DNA from: a virus
Strand: one strand, 5' to 3'
DNA length: 64,000 nt
Virus record (IMG/VR): IMGVR_UViG_3300042879_003514
Location: 31,303 to 95,302 of that record
In this document: in pieces, positions 57,912-64,000 of the stretch
How positions within the stretch are numbered: position 1 is the first letter of the stretch
Layout of the letters: the number at the start of each line of letters is the position of its first letter
Notes under the pieces: generated by a model
What the model was told of the DNA's origin: nothing
Seen by the model: the letters and a program-made list of their open reading frames with translations, nothing else
Database searches by the model: none
Position numbers and translations under genes: made by a program

Positions 57912-58553
57912 TTATGTTATTAATTTTTTCATAATATCATTAATTTGAGCAGATGAGGCGTCGATTGCTCTTGTTATCCAATTATTATTTATTGAACCAG
58001 CAAACTCTGGAGGCACTCTCCATCCACCACTACCTTGTCTCATTATACCCAAGCCTGTGCGAGAGAATGGGCTGGGTCCAAAAACAAATTCATGACTACC
58101 AATTATTATGGAATCTCCTTCTGTTAATAACCATCTTAGCCATTCTAAATTTGATCCTTTCTCTGTGCTAAAAGAAGCTGATCCCAGACTAAGCAAGTCT
58201 TGTAAATCTTTTCTAACCATTTCTAATTTAATACCACCTTTAATTTTTTGGCCCACAATAGAAACAGGAGTTTTTGTTACAACTTTCCCATTTTTAATAG
58301 TACTTAAAATATCATTAATTCTACTTTGTGGATCAACAATACCAAATTCACCCCGTAACTGACCACCAAGTAATGACGCATATTCTGGTTGAGCTTGTAT
58401 ACTATTTATTAATATATCTGGAATCTCATTTGACATTCTATTATATATTTTATCTAAATATTTATTTAATTCGGGAATCAAAGCATTTAGAATAGCCTTG
58501 TTCACAGTTGCATCAGAATCTACTAATTTTATATTAAATTTTAAAGAACTCAT
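57912..58553 (-). CDS. putative neck/head-tail joining protein
   Basis: WLRWLL...SRTG...WRVPPEFAG...NWITRA; gene order. Confidence 0.5.
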   Translation of the reverse strand: MSSLKFNIKLVDSDATVNKAILNALIPELNKYLDKIYNRMSNEIPDILINSIQAQPEYASLLGGQLRGEFGIVDPQSRINDILSTIKNGKVVTKTPVSIVGQKIKGGIKLEMVRKDLQDLLSLGSASFSTEKGSNLEWLRWLLTEGDSIIIGSHEFVFGPSPFSRTGLGIMRQGSGGWRVPPEFAGSINNNWITRAIDASSAQINDIMKKLIT

Positions 58554-59065
58554 ATTTTCTTCCAGTATGTGAAAAAATAAGAACTCTCTCCAAATCCAGC
58601 TGGTTCGGAATCACTATTTCGTTGATAAAAATTATCTGTGTAACTTGATATATTAGTATCAACAATTAATTTAGAACATTTTTTTATTTTAGGATAATCA
58701 GTTAATTTATTAATTGTTTGAATCGTTCCTTCTGGATTATGAACCTTACTATTGAAATTTGTCCAATACTTAGAATTGAAAACTACTAATAAATCTATTA
58801 GATCATAAGCTTCAGAATATGTTCCGCCTAAACCTCTACAGTACGAACATATTTGACCATCAGCAAATTGCAATGGTCCATTTGGCTTATATCTATTGCT
58901 AGACTTACCAGATATTGGATCAATATAGCAATTTGAACATTCTGTAAATAACGATCCCTCATAAATTAATTTACACGGCAAAGATAAAGAGCTATTTCTT
59001 AATAACTCATCAATAAAAGAATTAAAAGTATTTTTAAGATCAGAGGTTATTATATCTAAACTCAT
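58550..59065 (-). CDS. putative head-closure protein with zinc motif
   Basis: CSNC...CSYCRGLG; gene order. Confidence 0.45.
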   Translation of the reverse strand: MSLDIITSDLKNTFNSFIDELLRNSSLSLPCKLIYEGSLFTECSNCYIDPISGKSSNRYKPNGPLQFADGQICSYCRGLGGTYSEAYDLIDLLVVFNSKYWTNFNSKVHNPEGTIQTINKLTDYPKIKKCSKLIVDTNISSYTDNFYQRNSDSEPAGFGESSYFFTYWKKI

Positions 59066-59472
59066 TGAGTTACCTCTGGAATAAAGGTAATTAGTCCTGT
59101 TACTATTTTTGATACTTCTCCAATATTATTAATTAATTCTATATCATAAAGTGCAATAGATTGAGTTACCTTGCGAGTAAAGCTTTCTGGTAAATTCATT
59201 TCAATTGTACTATTCGAATTATTTATTTTTAATAGCAAATTAGCAGATGTCATACTTAGTAAGATAGTTGGGGACGAAATTGATGGTCTGATTTGCCCAC
59301 GCAAAGAATATCCAGTTAAGTTAACACTATTATCATCTTTGGATAATAGAAAAGAAATTCTATAACTACTTCCTTTATTTAATGTTAAGTTTTTAGTAGA
59401 TGTAACAAAACATGCATCACTTTCTGATGGATTTTCAATACTATCAAATATAGATATACAAAATGAGGCCAT
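59062..59472 (-). CDS. BppU-N-like Ig-fold virion protein
   Basis: VNLTGYSLRGQIR...YDIEL...GLITFIPEVT. Confidence 0.65.
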   Translation of the reverse strand: MASFCISIFDSIENPSESDACFVTSTKNLTLNKGSSYRISFLLSKDDNSVNLTGYSLRGQIRPSISSPTILLSMTSANLLLKINNSNSTIEMNLPESFTRKVTQSIALYDIELINNIGEVSKIVTGLITFIPEVTQ

Positions 59473-59498
59473 ATTAGTATCCTTAAAAAATTAAAGAA

Positions 59499-59517
59499 TT
59501 ATTAATTTAAATACACC
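59499..59517 (-). promoter_or_regulatory. putative phage late-promoter motif
   Basis: GGTGTATTTAAATTAATAA; 18/19 match to 2745-2763. Confidence 0.6.
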
Positions 59518-59571
59518 CTCTGTTGTTTTTTATTCTTATCCTTTATTTACCTTATAAGATGGAAGCATTTT

Positions 59572-59600
59572 ATGCTATAAAAGATAAAGAAAGTAGTCAA
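59572..59600 (-). promoter_or_regulatory. possible sigma70-type promoter
   Basis: TTGACT-17 nt-TAGCAT in an AT-rich gap. Confidence 0.3.
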
Positions 59601-59605
59601 TTTTA

Positions 59606-60520
59606 TTATTTGTTTCTTCCCAAAACTGTTTGAAACTGTTGCAGAGCTTGATAGTAGGACAGTTGTTGATCATATGTTAAAAATGGCCCAAATGAATAAG
59701 AGGATATATGACCAGTACCATAAGTATCGTTTGATAAGCAAGAAGAATCGTTGGGATCAACTGCGATATGATTATATCCAAAAATTGTTATACTTAATCC
59801 AATATTATTTAAGCTATTGCTATTCATATCTCCAAAGGTAAAGTCATTGTCATAAGCTCCGTTTCGATATGTACTAGAATTAGCTCCGCTTTCACCAGTA
59901 TCACAACATCCTAAAAATAATCCGTTGTCTGAAGAACTAAAAAATTGTCCACCATAACTTCCTCCACTATCATTATCTCCCATATAGTATTGTCCAGGAT
60001 AACCGCTTTGTTCCACATACAACCAGATCCAAGCACATGTACCAGCGCAACAACTAAAACTATCATCACAGCCCATGTAAAAATCGTATGTGCGATTCAT
60101 CATATAAGCACTCATATGATTGTTAATACCCGTAAAACCATTATTATTATTAGGTAACACTCCCGTGTCCAAATATTTGGTTCCGCCCCCACCAGCATTT
60201 AGTCCACCACTACTACCTCTTTCAGTATAGTCTCCATCAACAAAATTAGTATTTGTATCTATACTATTTCCATACTGAGATCCAGTAAAAGATAATCCTC
60301 TATATAAAGGAACTCTGGCAGCAGTTAGATTATCTCCACAAATTAAATTTAATCTACTAAATTTCTCTCTTATACCAGCAGCATCTATTCTATAACAAAA
60401 ATCACTAACGGCTTTCAGAGTATCTTTAGAGACTCTACCACCATTAGATAAAACCCTATTGTGCCAGTCTCGTGCTTCTCTATGAATATTGGTTGTTGGA
60501 AATAGGTTTGCATTAAGCAT
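59606..60520 (-). CDS. virion-associated protein, possibly with a lectin/LamG-like C-terminal domain
   Basis: WHNRVLSNGGRVS...RLNLICG N-terminal module; KYLDTG; FQTVLGR end. Confidence 0.55.
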   Translation of the reverse strand: MLNANLFPTTNIHREARDWHNRVLSNGGRVSKDTLKAVSDFCYRIDAAGIREKFSRLNLICGDNLTAARVPLYRGLSFTGSQYGNSIDTNTNFVDGDYTERGSSGGLNAGGGGTKYLDTGVLPNNNNGFTGINNHMSAYMMNRTYDFYMGCDDSFSCCAGTCAWIWLYVEQSGYPGQYYMGDNDSGGSYGGQFFSSSDNGLFLGCCDTGESGANSSTYRNGAYDNDFTFGDMNSNSLNNIGLSITIFGYNHIAVDPNDSSCLSNDTYGTGHISSYSFGPFLTYDQQLSYYQALQQFQTVLGRNK

Positions 60521-60524
60521 AATC

Positions 60525-60839
60525 TTATATTACCGTTACGGTTCCATCTTCATTAAGTGTGAAATTACCAATATGACTATTAGTTTCTAATATAGCTTCT
60601 GGTTTAATTGAGTTAATTAATTGACCAAGTTTATAGTGTAATTCAAACATTTCCTTAGCGTCATTTCCTAATGCTGTTGACATCTCCGCCGGCGTATAAT
60701 ATGGATTGTTCCAGAAAGATAAAGTGCCATTAATATATGTAGACACTATAACATTAAATAGGCTTGATGCTTCAGTTTTTAATCCTTGTGCAACAGAGTC
60801 TGATGATGGTTTATAGTTATTAGAATCTAGAATACTCAT
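60525..60839 (-). CDS. small fibre-associated protein (possible chaperone)
   Basis: follows the fibre gene; FWNNP...ALGNDAKEMFELH...NEDGTVTV. Confidence 0.55.
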   Translation of the reverse strand: MSILDSNNYKPSSDSVAQGLKTEASSLFNVIVSTYINGTLSFWNNPYYTPAEMSTALGNDAKEMFELHYKLGQLINSIKPEAILETNSHIGNFTLNEDGTVTVI

Positions 60840-60851
60840 TAATTTCTCCTT

Positions 60852-63800
60852 TTATAGAATTCTCCATCTGCTATCAACAGTATCATATAAAATACTAACG
60901 GTACCAGTTGGAGGAATAATATGATCTCCACCTGTGGATGTAATAAATCTATTTTCCGATGATGAACTAGCTGATTGGTGATTGATTGTAAGATTATGTG
61001 ATGGTCCAGTATTTATTACAATTCTCACATATTGAGAGCCAAGACCTGTTGGTGCTGTTAATCCTGTTATATTAATTCCACCAGTACTACCACTAACTCT
61101 AATAATATCACCATAACCAGGATTCCAATTATTAGTATTTGTTGTTAGTGCTGATGTTTGTAAGAATGTTGGTATGGTATTTACTGTGGTTATATTTCCT
61201 GTGCCAACAACATGCAAAGTTCCGCTAGGCGTGGTGGTACCAATTCCTAGTTTACCATCGCTAGTAAGAGTCATTTTATCTACAGAACTAGATTGAAATT
61301 TAATTCCAGAAGCAGCGCTTATAGCTAAATTACCATTTGCTGTCTGTTCTAAAGTTATACTAGCATTACCATTGTCTCCTCTTATTTGTTTTGTAGCGGC
61401 CATTTGTATACCACTAAAGAAAATAACATTTTCTGTTCCTGGTATTATACCAAAACTTCTATTTTCATTTCTATAAAATATAGCATAATTTTGAAAACAT
61501 CCAGATGCTCCTATACCAATACCCAAATATACTCCACTGTTTTGCAGTCTTAGTATTTCGCTACCACAAGCAAAATTGCCACTAATATGTACAAATTGTT
61601 GAGGAGAGGCTGTGCCTATACCAACTTTACCATTACCATCAACAAGCATAGCCACATTGGATTTTGTACTATTTTTGCTAAGTCTAAATAATATACCGCT
61701 AGAGATATGAGTTCCGCCTATGGGAAACAAATCAATTCCTGGCTCTGTGATGCTAGATATACTTTCTCCCCAAGCAAAATCCATGCCTGCTGTTGTTGTG
61801 GCTCGTCTCATACCATGAGCAATTAAAGCACCGTTACCTGCGGATGGTGTTGTAGACGGCACCACAAGATTACCATTAGTAGCATCTATTGTGGTAGATC
61901 CGGCTCCATCGATATACAATACTCTTGTGGAAATATTTTTTCTAAAATCAAAAATTGTATGACTTGCAGAGGTATGATTAGCTGTTACACTTTGAAAACT
62001 TAATGCTGGTACGGTAGATGTTGTGGATAAACCAGCTATAACCCCCGTATTTGCCGGCGCACCAATATGAAGATTTTGACTAAAATTACCAGTACCAATA
62101 ACATGTAACTGTCCACTAGGAGTAGAGGTTCCTATACCTAGTCGATTGTTCGTGGCATCCCAGTATAATTGACCGCTATCAGCCACTATTCCACTAGAGC
62201 TATTCCAGTATGCAACATGACTAGCAATTCCTGTTCCAGTAACAGGATTTGTTAAAGTATTTTGTTTAGCGTTCAATTGGGTTTGTATTGCGCTAGTAAC
62301 ACCCTTAACATAACTCAATTCAGTTAAGTTTGGATATGTTCCCGTATCAAGAGAGGTGACATTTTTATTAGCGTCAAAACTAGCTATGGTGTTAGCTGTT
62401 TGATTTGTAATACTAAAGTTATTATTAGAAGTTACTCCGCTACTTACAATATTTATTGTGCCATCATTATTGATACCAATATAGTTAGTGGGGCCAGATA
62501 GAACAAGAGTATCATTTAAACTATACACATAGCTTGTATTCTCATCGTTATCCCAATATATTTTTAATTTAGTATTATCATCATAATCTTTAAAATTAAT
62601 ACTTGGTTCTCCATCACCGCCATCATTAGTATATAAATTAATTATCGCTTCTGTTCCAGCATTACCAGATGATCCTATATTCAATGTTTTATTTTCAAAA
62701 GTTAAATCACTTTCAGCATCTATCCCGGTGGTTGTGCCAGTACTTGTGAGTATTCTGTTATTGCCACTATTAGCAATAGTCGGCAATAGTCCGCTAACAG
62801 CACTGTTAAAATCAGTAATATTTGACGATATGTGAGTATGACCGCTAACGCTAACATTTATTCCACTAACTTGTAATGTTGAGAAATTTCCACTAGAGCT
62901 AGCAACCCAATAATCTGTGGTACTATCGTATTGTAAAAATTGACCATTAGTAACTCCGCTAATATTAACATCATGATTATAACTAAGATCACCAAAGTTT
63001 GTTGGTCTTACGAATAATTGACCATTAGCATTACCATTATCTAAAATAATAGCCAGACTAATAGCGTGTTTTGGTTTAACATTAGTTAATTTGCCAGCAA
63101 CTGTTGGATGAGCATATAGAATATCTCCATCGTTCCAAGTCTCATCACCAACAGCATAATTTGTTGCTGATCCATCAAGATCTAAATGTCTGAGATGACC
63201 AAAATCTATAACATATCCATTATTATTATTGTTGATAGTATCCCAAATTAATCCAATAAATCGTATTTCATTAATAGTATTATTAGCAATATATAAGTTT
63301 GGAGTTATAATACCATTAGGATGAACACCATTAGCATAAACTACTTGTCCTTTATATAAAGGACTTCCTGTGGTATTTCTTACTCTGAAAAATCTATGTT
63401 GACCAATCTCCATTATTGTTGAATCAGTAAGAGCAATATCAACTGTGCCTTCGGTACTATTCCAGCCCATTTGTCCTTGAGATCCCACAGGGCCATTATT
63501 AGTATTAAATTGTATAATATCTAATGTGCCAGTATTAGCAACAAGATTTCCGCTAACACTTAACAAGCTCCCGTCAAACATTAAATTGCTTTCAGCATCA
63601 ATTCCAGTGGTTGTACTATCTCTGCTCGTAAGAATCCTATTACCAGAAGGATTTGCTATTAAATCTGTTACACTAACAGTAAAGGTGTTTCCAGCATCAT
63701 TATAATTTAAATTAATACCAGTTCCGGCAACAAATAATCCAGACCCGATTCTATCGTCTACAGCCTCGTTAAAATCCGTAATTGAAGAAGCGGTATGAGT

Positions 63801-64000
63801 ATGGCCGCTGATACTGTAGTTCGTTAACAAGCCACTCACAGCGCTATTGAAATCCGTGATATTACTAGCAGTATGAGTATGGCCGCTAATACTGTAGTTC
63901 GTTAACAAGCCGCTCACAGCATTGTTAAAATCCGTGATATTACTAGCAGTATGAGTATGGCCGCTGATACTGTAGTTCGTTAACAAGCCGCTCACAGCAT
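60852..64000 (-). CDS. long tail fibre protein, 5' end outside the window
   Basis: HTH-motif repeats, three GIGTxxP modules, TELSYVKGVTSAIQTQLNAK; frame open to the window edge. Confidence 0.75.
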   Translation of the reverse strand, partial: AVSGLLTNYSISGHTHTASNITDFNNAVSGLLTNYSISGHTHTASNITDFNSAVSGLLTNYSISGHTHTASSITDFNEAVDDRIGSGLFVAGTGINLNYNDAGNTFTVSVTDLIANPSGNRILTSRDSTTTGIDAESNLMFDGSLLSVSGNLVANTGTLDIIQFNTNNGPVGSQGQMGWNSTEGTVDIALTDSTIMEIGQHRFFRVRNTTGSPLYKGQVVYANGVHPNGIITPNLYIANNTINEIRFIGLIWDTINNNNNGYVIDFGHLRHLDLDGSATNYAVGDETWNDGDILYAHPTVAGKLTNVKPKHAISLAIILDNGNANGQLFVRPTNFGDLSYNHDVNISGVTNGQFLQYDSTTDYWVASSSGNFSTLQVSGINVSVSGHTHISSNITDFNSAVSGLLPTIANSGNNRILTSTGTTTGIDAESDLTFENKTLNIGSSGNAGTEAIINLYTNDGGDGEPSINFKDYDDNTKLKIYWDNDENTSYVYSLNDTLVLSGPTNYIGINNDGTINIVSSGVTSNNNFSITNQTANTIASFDANKNVTSLDTGTYPNLTELSYVKGVTSAIQTQLNAKQNTLTNPVTGTGIASHVAYWNSSSGIVADSGQLYWDATNNRLGIGTSTPSGQLHVIGTGNFSQNLHIGAPANTGVIAGLSTTSTVPALSFQSVTANHTSASHTIFDFRKNISTRVLYIDGAGSTTIDATNGNLVVPSTTPSAGNGALIAHGMRRATTTAGMDFAWGESISSITEPGIDLFPIGGTHISSGILFRLSKNSTKSNVAMLVDGNGKVGIGTASPQQFVHISGNFACGSEILRLQNSGVYLGIGIGASGCFQNYAIFYRNENRSFGIIPGTENVIFFSGIQMAATKQIRGDNGNASITLEQTANGNLAISAASGIKFQSSSVDKMTLTSDGKLGIGTTTPSGTLHVVGTGNITTVNTIPTFLQTSALTTNTNNWNPGYGDIIRVSGSTGGINITGLTAPTGLGSQYVRIVINTGPSHNLTINHQSASSSSENRFITSTGGDHIIPPTGTVSILYDTVDSRWRIL
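63773..64000 (-). repeat. 78-bp (26-aa) tandem repeat, about 3 copies visible and running off the window
   Basis: aatccgt at 63773, 63851, 63929; unit SGLLTNYSISGHTHTASNITDFNxAV. Confidence 0.95.

Noticed and set aside
59473-59605. tRNA, structured ncRNA or origin in the largest intergenic gap
   Set aside because: AT-rich with only short palindromes (AGCAT-ttt-ATGCT, CTTATAAG); no cloverleaf or iterons; no tRNA or rRNA seen anywhere in the window
1-64000. Stop-codon reassignment
   Set aside because: Conserved genes are full length in the standard code and end in TAA, TGA and TAG; only one isolated in-frame stop was noticed
63773-64000. CRISPR array or DGR template/variable repeat
   Set aside because: Contiguous in-frame coding repeats with no spacers; differences are not adenine-specific; no reverse transcriptase in the window

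Overview
AT-rich window from a large, tailed dsDNA phage. No capsid, portal or terminase is visible, and no tail sheath is seen, so it is probably siphovirus-like. It has two convergent halves meeting at 31254/31260. The + strand (1-31254) carries: a holin-like/membrane-protein cluster with a papain-type cysteine peptidase; an orphan accessory block; nucleotide metabolism genes (dCMP deaminase, class II B12-dependent RNR, PhoH, dNMP kinase); recombination/replication genes (RecA, DnaB, DnaG, PD-(D/E)XK nuclease, SSB, and a DnaE polymerase split into two genes with a DEDDh exonuclease between them); and a glycosyltransferase cluster. The - strand (31260-64000) is a neck/tail module: fibres, neck proteins, two paralogous tube-like proteins, a 2954-aa tape measure and tail-tip proteins. 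The most notable observations are (1) a tape measure with four copies of a DTVPAMLTPGEFV module that bracket two cargo inserts, one nuclease-like; (2) an intein-less split DnaE; (3) a possible lysis cassette built around a papain-like protease; (4) a GT4 cluster with degenerate enzyme-like partners alongside Ser-Gly-rich fibres; (5) a recurrent GGTGTA-AT-rich putative late promoter. All calls come from motif recognition by eye; no database searches were run.
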